DNA of 64,000 nucleotides. It comes from Acinetobacter phage vB_AbaM_B9. The notes under the pieces are model-generated. The model saw only the letters and a list, made by a program, of their open reading frames with translations. It ran no database searches and was not told where the DNA came from. This document shows positions 10,399 through 19,930 of this stretch, one piece after another. Both the position numbers and the translations under genes were made by a program. The first letter of the stretch is position 1. Every line of letters starts with the position of its first letter. The stretch lies in sequence record MH133207.1; one strand, given 5' to 3'.

Positions 10399-10706
10399 TT
10401 ATTTATATCGCTCTAATACAACTACTCCTTTTAATTAATACAATTATTATTTTCATATGTGAACATAGCCCACTTTGGGCTAACACATGGAAAAGTGTAC
10501 TCATTCGATTCATTGTAGCAATTATCCTTTTAGTAATTGGTAACTATGTTCCATTACTTGCCTTGTTACCTTATTGGATTACATTTGTTGCTTTCTTCGT
10601 ATCAATCATCACGACAGCAATGTTAATAAAATATGTAATGGTTGAATATTTTGAAAGAGTTAGAAGAGTTTCAAGAATACGGAGAAGAAATAAAAATGAA
10701 GATTAA
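10395..10706 (+). CDS. holin-like membrane protein (3 TM, charged C-terminus)
   Basis: 103 aa. Three hydrophobic helices and an RRVSRIRRRNKNED tail. Overlaps the lysin start. Confidence 0.45.
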   Translation: MIIYIALIQLLLLINTIIIFICEHSPLWANTWKSVLIRFIVAIILLVIGNYVPLLALLPYWITFVAFFVSIITTAMLIKYVMVEYFERVRRVSRIRRRNKNED

Positions 10707-11292
10707 TTTTGATAAAATTAGAAATTCACTATTTGGTGGAAAATTAAAACAAACACAAGTTGATGGTATCAACTCAATTCTAGAATCAATCAATAAACAT
10801 GGTATTTCTAAAGAACAGGCTGCATATGTTTTTGCTACTGTTTATCACGAAACAGCTAGAACCATGCAACCAATTGAAGAGTATGGTAAAGGAAAAGGTA
10901 GACCATACGGAACTTGGTATAAGAATTCTAAAGGTGAGTTATTCTCTTGGAAGAATGGTAATAAGAACACAGCTTATTTATACAAAGATTATCCACACCT
11001 ATATTATGGACGCTCATTTCCACAACTGACATGGTTTGATAATTACGAAAAAGCTGGAAAGATTCTTGGTGTTGATTTTCTAAGAAATCCTTCATTAGTT
11101 ATGGACTTAAAATATGCATCTGAAATCCTAGTTGTAGGGATGATGGATGGGTGGTTCACACATAAGAAATTATCAGACTATATTAATCATTCTAAAAAAG
11201 ATTATTACAACGCAAGAAGAATCATAAACGGAACAGATAAAGCAGCATTAATTGCTGAATATGCTTCTGAGTTTGAAGACGCATTATTTTAA
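10696..11292 (+). CDS. glycoside hydrolase family 19 (chitinase-like) lysin
   Basis: YHETA motif, then YYGRSFPQLTWFDNYEKAGKILGVDFLRNPSLV and WFT. These match the GH19 catalytic core (HETxGG, YYGRGPIQLT, NPDLV). RBS GGAGAAG before the ATG at 10696. Confidence 0.75.
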   Translation: MKINFDKIRNSLFGGKLKQTQVDGINSILESINKHGISKEQAAYVFATVYHETARTMQPIEEYGKGKGRPYGTWYKNSKGELFSWKNGNKNTAYLYKDYPHLYYGRSFPQLTWFDNYEKAGKILGVDFLRNPSLVMDLKYASEILVVGMMDGWFTHKKLSDYINHSKKDYYNARRIINGTDKAALIAEYASEFEDALF

Positions 11293-11301
11293 GAGGGAAA
11301 A

Positions 11302-13935
11302 ATGGCTAGTACAAAAATACAAAATCTTCCACTAAAAGCTCCCATGGGAGCAATGAAGATTCCTACAGGTGGCTTTGGTGACTACAGTATTACAGTCGGT
11401 AGTATTGGAGATTTTATTATTGATACATTCAATCTAGCCACTAAAGATTATGTAGATACTTTACTTTTAGAAAAAGAAGGTAGAATTGATACGACAGGAG
11501 TATTTCTTACTCCTGTATCACAAAATTCAAGTGTTCCTGATACTACTAACGATGTAATTGATGAAGTTGCTCAAGCACTATTAAACAGAATTGAATATGT
11601 TAAAGACAACTTTAGTGCTGCACCTTCCCACAATGAATTAACAGGAAGAAGTGCTTCTGGTGCACACCCATCTACTTCTATTTCACACAAGTCTGGAACT
11701 GTTTATACGTATTTATCAAATGTTGAATCTGATATTAATACAATTAATAATGTTACAATTCCTACTATCAATCAATCAATTGGTTTAAAGCAAGATCAGA
11801 TTACAACAACAGGAACATTAACCGGTACACCTGAAGAGACTGGTATTAATTCAGTTTCTCATGTTGGTATTAATGGTGCGCTACAAGGTTTATTAAACAG
11901 AATTCTGTTTAATAAAAATCACAGTAATTTAACAAATAGAAGTGATGAAAATTCACATCCATCTTCTGCAATCCAAGACGGACAAGAAACTCAAAAAATA
12001 ATCAATGATAAAAATATAAGAAAATTAGATTCGATTTCTGATTTAGAAACTTATAATCCAAGAACTAATTATCAAGTAGTTTATGTAAAATCTTATTCTA
12101 GTTCAACAAATTTTGGTGGTGGTCATTTTGTTTTTTTAGCAAATGATACAACAACCACAAACGGAGTTAATGTTTTTTCAGCCATTGGTGGAAGATGGCA
12201 AAGATTGAATTGGAAAAATCCAACAATTCACGATGTGGGGTTAGTTGGTAATGAATCTGATGCTACTCTGAAATTCCAAGCACTTGTAGATGCTGCATCA
12301 AATTTAAAACTAAAAGTTAACTTATTAGGAAAATCTATTAAAATCACAAAATTAGATATTCCTAGTGATATGTATCTTTTTAACGGTACACTAGATGCTA
12401 CATCTAGTACATGGCAAAATACATATGGTCGTGCAGCATTAATGTTAAAAAATACAGATCGAAATGCTGTTGGTGTTGACTACGAAATATCTGAATATTA
12501 TGCACCGTTATCAACTATTGAAAATATAACTTTTGAAGATATTACTTTTAAGGCAATCACTTTAATCGGAATATTTTTTAAATTTAAAAACCTAAATTAT
12601 ATTAGATGCAAGGGGTATTGGACTCAACAAAATCTATTTAAGTTTATTGGTGGTTGGAATGGCACTCCTTTAGTAAATGACACTCCAACTTCATATAATC
12701 TTGTAGATCCTATAAATGGTAGATGTGAATACATTAATATTCACGATTGTTATTGGTTTGGTGGTTACACTAATAATGATTTTTCCAGCCCATTCCGATT
12801 TATTGCTTGTGGTAAAGTAAATATTAGCGGTGGTATTAATGATAGTCCACTTGGTTTTCATATCGATATATATAATAAGGATTTTACTTTAACAAATGCA
12901 GATTATATAAACAGTAATGATCAAATTGTTATTGATGTAGCTAACGGGACAGCACATCCTGACATGATGGCTTTGTATGTTGGGCAAAACTCTTACAACA
13001 TTAATGTCTTTGGTGGTTCGTGGAGAAATTTTGGTAAAAAAGCAGCATACCTAGAATGTTGTTCAAAAGTTAACATAAACGGAGTTATTGCAGAAGTTAC
13101 TGTTGATAACAATGTAGCCAGTTTTATTGACTTACAACCAAACTGGAAGAATAACACCAATACGATATGGGGTAATGTTTCAGACATTACTGTTAATAAT
13201 TGCACATCAAAAGGTACAAAATACGGCATTCAGTGTAACCCTTATCAAGGTGTTAAGTCTCTTAGAAATATATACATTACTGATAATAACATTATTACAT
13301 ATTCTGTTTTTGAATCAGTAACATTAATTGGTGTTGAAAACTATATTATTAAAAATAATAATTGTAAAGGTTCTTTATTTATAGGTCAAAATAATACTAA
13401 AGGTGAAATTATTAATTCAAAATTTTACAATCAATCAAATTTTGCATTATATATTTCAGATCAAGTTGATGGTGAATTACCAAAACTACTAAACAATAGC
13501 TTTATTGTAGATTCTGGTTCAACAATATACAACAACGGTGGATCAAGTAAATCTGGTTCAATTGTTGGTGGTATATTAAAATCAGGAGCAGGGTCTACAA
13601 TTATGGAATTAGGTGTAGCTGCAAACTTAGTTGCTTATGACTTTGAAAATGGTATAACACAAAGAACACAGAATTTTAGTCAAAATATAAATGTACCTGC
13701 AAATTCTACATCCTCTACAATAACAAAAACAATAGATGGCGTTAAAGAAGGTTGGATTGCATCAATTAACGTACATGGAATTGTTGCTCTTGGTTATGAC
13801 CTTACTTTTATTGTTTCTTGTGAAAATAATGGTATAGCATTCAAAGTTAAGAATAACTCTAGTACCGCTGTTAACTTTAATCCGAATTTGTTGTTAAGAC
13901 TAAATTCATTTGCTGATCAAGTATTTAAAAATTAG
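11302..13935 (+). CDS. tail fibre/tailspike with central beta-helix-like region (receptor-binding, candidate depolymerase)
   Basis: 877 aa. N-terminal ~200 aa is paralogous to the next gene (PTGGxG, LLNRIEY, HPSTSISH motifs). The long Asn/Gly/Thr-rich middle region looks like pectate-lyase-type repeats. Confidence 0.55.
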   Translation: MASTKIQNLPLKAPMGAMKIPTGGFGDYSITVGSIGDFIIDTFNLATKDYVDTLLLEKEGRIDTTGVFLTPVSQNSSVPDTTNDVIDEVAQALLNRIEYVKDNFSAAPSHNELTGRSASGAHPSTSISHKSGTVYTYLSNVESDINTINNVTIPTINQSIGLKQDQITTTGTLTGTPEETGINSVSHVGINGALQGLLNRILFNKNHSNLTNRSDENSHPSSAIQDGQETQKIINDKNIRKLDSISDLETYNPRTNYQVVYVKSYSSSTNFGGGHFVFLANDTTTTNGVNVFSAIGGRWQRLNWKNPTIHDVGLVGNESDATLKFQALVDAASNLKLKVNLLGKSIKITKLDIPSDMYLFNGTLDATSSTWQNTYGRAALMLKNTDRNAVGVDYEISEYYAPLSTIENITFEDITFKAITLIGIFFKFKNLNYIRCKGYWTQQNLFKFIGGWNGTPLVNDTPTSYNLVDPINGRCEYINIHDCYWFGGYTNNDFSSPFRFIACGKVNISGGINDSPLGFHIDIYNKDFTLTNADYINSNDQIVIDVANGTAHPDMMALYVGQNSYNINVFGGSWRNFGKKAAYLECCSKVNINGVIAEVTVDNNVASFIDLQPNWKNNTNTIWGNVSDITVNNCTSKGTKYGIQCNPYQGVKSLRNIYITDNNIITYSVFESVTLIGVENYIIKNNNCKGSLFIGQNNTKGEIINSKFYNQSNFALYISDQVDGELPKLLNNSFIVDSGSTIYNNGGSSKSGSIVGGILKSGAGSTIMELGVAANLVAYDFENGITQRTQNFSQNINVPANSTSSTITKTIDGVKEGWIASINVHGIVALGYDLTFIVSCENNGIAFKVKNNSSTAVNFNPNLLLRLNSFADQVFKN

Positions 13936-13943
13936 GAAAATAT

Positions 13944-14819
13944 ATGGCAGATTTAAGAATTGCTGATGCTCCAGAAATAGCATTAGAAAATATTACAGGA
14001 AATGAAAAAATTCCTACTGGTGGTTATGGTAATTCAGCAGTCACCATTAATAATTTAGGGCAGTTTGCAAAAACTGCTTTATCTTTAGCAACAGAATCAT
14101 ATGTTTCAAATACTGTTGGTCAAAAAGAAGATAAAATGATATTAACAGGTGTAAATTTAACACCTTCATCAACATATTCTGATATTCCACAAACAAATGT
14201 CACTGTCTTAAATACGATTCATCAAGACTTATTGAATCGTATGGAGTGGATTAAAGATAATGTTGCTGTTATCACCGACCACCAAGCTCTACAGAACAGG
14301 AATGCTAGTAATACACATCCAAGCACATCAATTTCACACAACGGAACATCCAATGTTTCTATTGAAATTGAAGAGTTAAAGAATGATGTATTAACAATTA
14401 ATACAGAAACTATTCCTGAATTAAACAATACAATTGTTGGAAAACAAGATGTAATTGTCAATGATGTTAATTTAACACCGACTTCTGTTTTAAGTCCTGT
14501 ACCTTCAACCAATAACCCATCTTTAAATTCATCTCTACAAGCTCTGATGAATAGGATTGAATATTATAGAGTTGGAGTTAGGTTTACAGGAAATTATGAT
14601 TTTCCATCTGTAACAGCAGGTCAACAAGTATCAACAACAATCATCACAACAGGTTTGGTTGTTGGAGATCATGTTTCTGTCACACTCAGTGTTCCTCTAC
14701 AAGGTTGTGCAATTAGGGGTGAAGTTACCAGTTCTAATACAACAACAGTTTACTTATTCAATCCAACAGGAGCTAGTGTTGACTTAGGTTCAGCAACCAT
14801 ATCAGTTCTTAAATTATAA
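13944..14819 (+). CDS. short tail fibre paralog sharing the N-terminal anchor domain
   Basis: 291 aa. Shares IPTGGYGNSAV, LLNRMEWIKDN and NTHPSTSISH motifs with the 877-aa protein; the C-terminus is different. Confidence 0.5.
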   Translation: MADLRIADAPEIALENITGNEKIPTGGYGNSAVTINNLGQFAKTALSLATESYVSNTVGQKEDKMILTGVNLTPSSTYSDIPQTNVTVLNTIHQDLLNRMEWIKDNVAVITDHQALQNRNASNTHPSTSISHNGTSNVSIEIEELKNDVLTINTETIPELNNTIVGKQDVIVNDVNLTPTSVLSPVPSTNNPSLNSSLQALMNRIEYYRVGVRFTGNYDFPSVTAGQQVSTTIITTGLVVGDHVSVTLSVPLQGCAIRGEVTSSNTTTVYLFNPTGASVDLGSATISVLKL

Positions 14820-14825
14820 AATAAA

Positions 14826-14859
14826 AGACAACTATCATTTTTGATAGTTGTCTTTTTTA
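14826..14859 (+). terminator. rho-independent terminator closing the tail module
   Basis: Perfect hairpin AGACAACTATCA-TTTT-TGATAGTTGTCT followed by a T-run. Confidence 0.8.
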
Positions 14860-14996
14860 CGTCTATTGTTTTATCAAAATGATAAAATCGAATTTATCAA
14901 ATAGATTTACTATAGTTCATTTTGAATTACTGTAGTTCACATTGATAATTTGTTTAATAAGATAAATAGGTTTTAAATATGTTCTAAATAAGAGAT

Positions 14997-15025
14997 TTGA
15001 CAAAAGAAAAAGAAGTGACTATCAT
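14997..15025 (+). promoter_or_regulatory. sigma70-like promoter (TTGACA-17-TATCAT) with upstream direct repeats ACTRTAGTTCA x2 at 14910-14942
   Basis: Hexamers and spacing read directly from the sequence. Confidence 0.45.
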
Positions 15026-15053
15026 TCGATTTGTTTTGTTGTAGGAGGTGTTT

Positions 15054-15932
15054 GTGTTTAAAGGTTTAATTTCAGAAGTAGCAAAAGATGCGGGTCGTAG
15101 TGCAGCATTAATAATTAATCAATTATTTCAATGGTATAAAGGAAGTAATTCAAAAAAGATTTACCGTACAAATCAAGAGTTACATGATGATTTGTGTGGA
15201 ATCATGTCTACAGCAACAATTCAACGTTGTAAAAAAAGATTGATTGAGAAAGGTTATATTGAAGTTTCTTTTGATAAAGGTTTGAATCGTGTAACTCACT
15301 ATTCACTTACAAAGAAAGCTTTAGAATTATTGGATAGCTCTAAAACATCTTCAGAAGCCCATAGTGAGAAAAAAGAAGGAAAAGGTAGTGATATGCCACA
15401 CACTCCTAAAACATCTCCACAACGTGCTAAAACAGGTGTTAAAAAGGGTGTTATTGCACACTCATGTGGAAATGTTAAATCAATGCAAGAATGTTTTGAA
15501 GAAGGAAGTGATAATAAGAATGCAGATCGTTCTTTAACGCTATCTGAACGACTAGCTCTTATGAAGGGAGAAAAGATTGATTTAAACAATCGTAATGAAG
15601 ATTTAGAGCAATGTTTAGATAAAAGTGGTACAAACGTACCAGACAATACTAAAACTGTCTCTACGGAGCTTACAGACGACTTAAATGAGATGTGTAATGG
15701 TAACGAAGAAGATGAATACTTAAACACTCTATCACAACAGGATTACGATGAATGTGATCTTGCTATGTTGAATGCTTTGAATAAGCAACAAGAACATTTG
15801 ACAGATGATAAGTTGACTGTTGGTCAATTATTAGGTAATATTGGTTCTGTATATAAATCAGGTGTGTCAGAAGCTAGAGAAAGAATCTATCAGATGTCAC
15901 AATTACAAAATGGTTATGTGGAGGATTATTAA
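15054..15932 (+). CDS. putative DNA-binding (winged-helix) early protein with acidic C-terminal region
   Basis: HTH-like stretch TATIQRCKKRLIEKGYIEV. GTG at 15054 sits 5 nt after AGGAGG; the track start at 15048 overlaps the RBS. Confidence 0.35.
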   Translation: MFKGLISEVAKDAGRSAALIINQLFQWYKGSNSKKIYRTNQELHDDLCGIMSTATIQRCKKRLIEKGYIEVSFDKGLNRVTHYSLTKKALELLDSSKTSSEAHSEKKEGKGSDMPHTPKTSPQRAKTGVKKGVIAHSCGNVKSMQECFEEGSDNKNADRSLTLSERLALMKGEKIDLNNRNEDLEQCLDKSGTNVPDNTKTVSTELTDDLNEMCNGNEEDEYLNTLSQQDYDECDLAMLNALNKQQEHLTDDKLTVGQLLGNIGSVYKSGVSEARERIYQMSQLQNGYVEDY

Positions 15933-16147
15933 TGTTACCAATACATTGGGATATTGATGATATAGGAGAATTCATTATTGAGGAATTGGTTTTAAACCAT
16001 TTTAATTATGATTCATTTTTATCAGAAGTTGTTCTTGCAGATGTATATCAAGAATCGAGATCAGCTTACATTTTAACACTATTAGCTAATGAGATAGGTA
16101 AAGAAAGTAAGCATGTTAGAATCAGAGTTGAAGTTGAGGATTATTAA
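15932..16147 (+). CDS. hypothetical protein
   Basis: 71-aa ORF coupled to its neighbours (ATGA overlap). Confidence 0.4.
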   Translation: MLPIHWDIDDIGEFIIEELVLNHFNYDSFLSEVVLADVYQESRSAYILTLLANEIGKESKHVRIRVEVEDY

Positions 16148-16329
16148 TGAGAGAATATACAGAAGTTTCAATTGGTACTGGATTCTATTACAGAGAAATG
16201 GTTGTACCGAAAGATGAAGTTCGTAAATTTATTAAAGAAGGTTGGAAAATTACACGATTTGCTAAAGTACAACCAAAAAAAGTTTATGATAAGTGGAAAA
16301 ATGCAATTGATGCTATGGAGTCTGAGTAA
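16147..16329 (+). CDS. hypothetical protein
   Basis: 60-aa ORF, translationally coupled. Confidence 0.4.
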   Translation: MREYTEVSIGTGFYYREMVVPKDEVRKFIKEGWKITRFAKVQPKKVYDKWKNAIDAMESE

Positions 16330-16526
16330 TGCAAGGTTTAGAATTTTCTTTACTTCAACGTAAAGGTAAGTGTAAAGAGTGTAATGCAGAACTTCCTGTC
16401 GGTACAAAGACAGTGATTATTGGTTCATTCAGTAATAAATATAGATATTGTTTAAGTTGTTTTGCTTATAATATTCAGAAACATTGTTATATTATAATTA
16501 ATGATGGTGAATTGATTTTGGAGTGA
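16329..16526 (+). CDS. small Cys4 zinc-ribbon protein
   Basis: CKEC...CLSC pair of CxxC motifs. Confidence 0.35.
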   Translation: MQGLEFSLLQRKGKCKECNAELPVGTKTVIIGSFSNKYRYCLSCFAYNIQKHCYIIINDGELILE

Positions 16527-16529
16527 GTT

Positions 16530-16721
16530 ATGAACAGCATTCTACATGAAAACACAAGATATATTGTTACATCTGAAATCTTATGGGATGATAAAGAATG
16601 GTTTTATATTCAGATGAAGTTTGATACAATGTCACCACTAACTGTCGATGTTAGAGAAACATTGGAAGAAGCTGTTTATTATGCTGATATTATGGAGAGG
16701 TTTTATAATGAGCAATATTAA
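16530..16721 (+). CDS. hypothetical protein
   Basis: 63-aa ORF. Confidence 0.35.
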   Translation: MNSILHENTRYIVTSEILWDDKEWFYIQMKFDTMSPLTVDVRETLEEAVYYADIMERFYNEQY

Positions 16722-17295
16722 AAATATTGACATATGTGAAGTTAAGAAAGATGTAGCTGATAAGCTATTAGAAGCTGTAGATATTGTTGATACAGCAGAG
16801 GGTGAGAGACAAAGACTATTATATGCTAATTTGGTTGCTAATTACGATAGTATTGAAGCTGTATTATTTACACTAAATCATTGTGTTGATACATCATCAT
16901 TAGGGTTTTACTTTGGCAATAAGAGAAAGATGAATGTACGATATTTATTGGGTGATGTGAATGAATACAATAGGTTGAAAGGTTTGGATTTACCTGTGTT
17001 GCACGATGCACATGTTAATCATAAAGATTTCTTATATTTCATTAATTCAATTACGACAGACATCTTTGGTGAAGATTATGTTTATGAATTCTGTTGGGAT
17101 GATTGGGAGAATTATTTATTATGGAAAGATGATACGATTGTAGAGTATTTAAAGTATCAAGGTTATCCTACTTTAAAGTCACTTGCTTTACCAGCTATTG
17201 TATTCTTTCCTTTCACTATCTTATTCTTTATTGTTATGATTATTTGTTTAGTGTTTGAAAAGAAGATTAGTTTAAAGACAAGGAATTTAATATGA
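16708..17295 (+). CDS. hypothetical protein with C-terminal transmembrane anchor
   Basis: ATG at 16708 after GGAGAGG. Hydrophobic C-terminal helix. Confidence 0.4.
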   Translation: MSNIKNIDICEVKKDVADKLLEAVDIVDTAEGERQRLLYANLVANYDSIEAVLFTLNHCVDTSSLGFYFGNKRKMNVRYLLGDVNEYNRLKGLDLPVLHDAHVNHKDFLYFINSITTDIFGEDYVYEFCWDDWENYLLWKDDTIVEYLKYQGYPTLKSLALPAIVFFPFTILFFIVMIICLVFEKKISLKTRNLI

Positions 17296-17554
17296 TTTTT
17301 AATGTGTTATTCTTATATCCCATAACATTCATTACATTAATGTTATGTAGCAATCTAAAGATTGACATTAAGGAATTATTATTTCGTTTCACTCATAATA
17401 ACATATTCACCCCTTGACCCCTTGATACATAATAACATGTCAAGACTAGGAGTCAAGTATTTTTACAAAAAATAACAAATATATTTAATTATTGTTTGTT
17501 ATTTGTAAAATGTGTAGAATTTTCTATAGTTGTTTGGTAGTTTATAAGTAGGAG

Positions 17555-17935
17555 GTGTTTATGAAAGAATTATTTATTGAGTTGGCGTACAAAAAGTCTT
17601 GGGGTAGGAATGAGATTTTAAAGTTGAATTTTGACAGTGTGTTACTGCATAATTTATCTTCATCATTTGAAAAACCTGTAGTGAGTCGAGGAGATGCTAT
17701 GTTTTATCTTCTCTGTATATTAAGAAAAGATGTGTTAGATACAAATTTAATTATGTTAATTAAGTATTTTAAGACGATTTCTTCTAATCTTGATAAGGAT
17801 GAAGTGATTAGCGCATGTTTAACGTATGATATTGACAGAATATTGTTATTAAACTTTGAGAAAACATTGAGAGCTAGAAATAGTAAAAGACATTTACAAG
17901 ATAAAATTTTACTTTGCTACAAAGATTTAATTTAA
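17555..17935 (+). CDS. hypothetical protein
   Basis: 126-aa ORF after AGGAGG. Preceded by a 260-bp AT-rich intergenic region with CCCCTTGA direct repeats. Confidence 0.4.
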   Translation: MFMKELFIELAYKKSWGRNEILKLNFDSVLLHNLSSSFEKPVVSRGDAMFYLLCILRKDVLDTNLIMLIKYFKTISSNLDKDEVISACLTYDIDRILLLNFEKTLRARNSKRHLQDKILLCYKDLI

Positions 17936-18011
17936 GTAGGATTTATTATGAATTTTATACCAGAAGATCATTTAGATCAGATTGAAACAATGTTAATGAA
18001 TGGAGAAAGGT

Positions 18012-18263
18012 ATGACACAAGAAATTGAAAGACAAGCTATAAAATCATTTACAGAAGCTTTGTTGGCTATTAATGGAGCTTTGTTGAAGTCTGGTAGTAA
18101 TAAGGATGAAGCTGTTATTATGTTGCCCAAAGAAGACTTCAACTATTTTTTTACAGTGTTGCAGTATCCAAATTCACCAGCAAGTAAGTTTTTCAAATAC
18201 GATCCACAAGATTTAAATGAGTTTACTTTAGCTGGAATTAAAGTTAGGAGTTTTGGTAAATGA
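18012..18263 (+). CDS. hypothetical protein
   Basis: ORF with RBS GGAGAAAGG before the ATG at 18012. Confidence 0.4.
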   Translation: MTQEIERQAIKSFTEALLAINGALLKSGSNKDEAVIMLPKEDFNYFFTVLQYPNSPASKFFKYDPQDLNEFTLAGIKVRSFGK

Positions 18264-18496
18264 GTGATTGGAATATGGTTGCAGATTGTGATAGTCTGTT
18301 TATTTTTGATAGTTCATATGGTGACTTTTTTGTAATACATTATGGTGGGATATACATAAATAAAACATGTCAAAAATTTAAAGATGATCATGGAAATAAA
18401 AGTTATCGAGAAATTAAAGAATGGACTGAAAAGACATTTCGTTCTTTAAGTGATAAATCAACATGGTTAATGTGTTATTTTGGAGAGTGTAAATGA
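18260..18496 (+). CDS. hypothetical protein
   Basis: 78-aa ORF, coupled. Confidence 0.35.
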   Translation: MSDWNMVADCDSLFIFDSSYGDFFVIHYGGIYINKTCQKFKDDHGNKSYREIKEWTEKTFRSLSDKSTWLMCYFGECK

Positions 18497-18783
18497 TTAA
18501 ACGAATACCAAGTGAAGAAATACAGAAGTTAAAAAGAACTAATTTCTGGTTGTGTCGAGACCGTACACTTACAAAAAAGATTATGCGAGAAAAGTTAGAT
18601 GCTATTGTTGAAGTAAATAAACAAATGAGTTCAATGGAGTATTCAAAATTAAAGGAGTATACAAAGAAAAGAAATAAGTTACTTGATGAACATGACTTAC
18701 TCATAGACCTTTACATTAGAATAAATGAAGACATTTATCAAAATGGTAAAGAGATTATGAAACTTAGAGGATGTAAACGATGA
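18493..18783 (+). CDS. hypothetical protein
   Basis: 96-aa ORF, coupled. Confidence 0.35.
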   Translation: MIKRIPSEEIQKLKRTNFWLCRDRTLTKKIMREKLDAIVEVNKQMSSMEYSKLKEYTKKRNKLLDEHDLLIDLYIRINEDIYQNGKEIMKLRGCKR

Positions 18784-18980
18784 ATTTAGGTTTTTATGAA
18801 ATAATGGATCGTGTTTCTGTCATACAATCTTCTCTTGAGGATAATGTTAGACATCATCAAGAAGCTGATTCAAGAGTGGTTGAATTAGTTGATGAAGCGC
18901 AAGAAGTATTGAATATGCTTTATCAATATGCTGCTAGTGAGTTTTATGACAGTTATGGAGATTGTGAGGATGATGATTAA
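18780..18980 (+). CDS. hypothetical acidic protein
   Basis: 66-aa ORF. Confidence 0.35.
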   Translation: MNLGFYEIMDRVSVIQSSLEDNVRHHQEADSRVVELVDEAQEVLNMLYQYAASEFYDSYGDCEDDD

Positions 18981-19471
18981 TGGCAACACAACACCCAATA
19001 AAGAAGTACAGTGACTTACCTAACTATATCCCGACTTATCAGAGTTGGAGAGGTATGAAAGAAAGGTGCTTTAACCCTAAGAACTCTCACTATAAGTATT
19101 ATGGTGCTTTAGGTATATCGGTTTGTGATAGTTGGGCGGATTCTAAAAAAGGGTTTAGAAACTTTTACAACGACATGGGAGAAAGACCTGATGGAATGAC
19201 TCTTGACCGTATAAATGTAAAAGAAAATTACTCGAAAGAGAACTGTCGTTGGGCTGATCTTACAACACAAGCATATAACACAAATCGAGAGCATTTAAAT
19301 AAGACTGGAAGAATTGGTGTTGGTAAGAAAAACACCAAAACCAAAGAGTCTTGGTATGCTTTTATAACTTACAGAGGGAAAAGAATACATCTTGGAACTT
19401 TTGATAATTATGATGATGCGTGTAAAGCAAGAGAAAAGGCAGAGTTGGAGTATTATGGTGTCACTAAATAA
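18980..19471 (+). CDS. HNH-family homing endonuclease-like protein (phage HNH/AP2-type)
   Basis: YQSWRGMKERCFNP...YYGALGISVCDSW...DMGERPDGMTLDRIN...NCRWA pattern typical of phage free-standing HNH endonucleases. Confidence 0.6.
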   Translation: MATQHPIKKYSDLPNYIPTYQSWRGMKERCFNPKNSHYKYYGALGISVCDSWADSKKGFRNFYNDMGERPDGMTLDRINVKENYSKENCRWADLTTQAYNTNREHLNKTGRIGVGKKNTKTKESWYAFITYRGKRIHLGTFDNYDDACKAREKAELEYYGVTK

Positions 19472-19874
19472 GTACGATATTGCCTACTTAGAAATGGCAG
19501 AAGCATTCGCTAAAACGTCTATAGCAGAAAGGTTGAAAGTTGGTTGTGTTATCATTCGTGATGGGCAGCCTATCTCTCTTGGGATTAACGGAACTGTTAG
19601 TGGTTGGTACACAAACAAATGTGAAGATGAAAACGGTGTTACATCTTGGTTTGTGAAACATGCAGAAGTGCAAGCGTTAAATAAACTTCGTAAGAGTACA
19701 GAGAGCAGTGCTGGGGCTGAAATGTTTGTAACTCATTCACCATGTAAAATGTGTTGTTTGGATATTATTGATGCAGGAATTAAGAGGGTTGTCTACAAAT
19801 ATGATTACAGAGATAAATCAGGCTTAGAAACACTAAAACAACATGGTATTATTGTTGAACAATTTGTTGAATAG
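19455..19874 (+). CDS. dCMP deaminase (cytidine/deoxycytidylate deaminase family)
   Basis: HAEVQAL and SPCKMCC zinc-binding motifs. ATG at 19455 after GGAG, overlapping the HNH gene end. Confidence 0.8.
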   Translation: MVSLNKYDIAYLEMAEAFAKTSIAERLKVGCVIIRDGQPISLGINGTVSGWYTNKCEDENGVTSWFVKHAEVQALNKLRKSTESSAGAEMFVTHSPCKMCCLDIIDAGIKRVVYKYDYRDKSGLETLKQHGIIVEQFVE

Positions 19875-19902
19875 AAATATGAATATAGATCAACAAAAGG
19901 TA

Positions 19903-19930
19903 TTGACATATTGAGAGAGTGTGGTATAGT
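19903..19930 (+). promoter_or_regulatory. sigma70-like promoter TTGACA-16-TGgTATAGT (extended -10)
   Basis: Read directly. Precedes a 56-aa ORF at 19958-20128. Confidence 0.45.

Noticed and set aside
11302-14819. Diversity-generating retroelement acting on the tail fibre C-termini
   Set aside because: No reverse transcriptase gene and no template/variable repeat pair are visible anywhere in the window.
19392-19874. ORF-track start of dCMP deaminase at 19392 (MELLIIMMM...)
   Set aside because: That start overlaps the HNH gene by 80 nt and has no RBS. The ATG at 19455 follows GGAG and begins just before the conserved domain.
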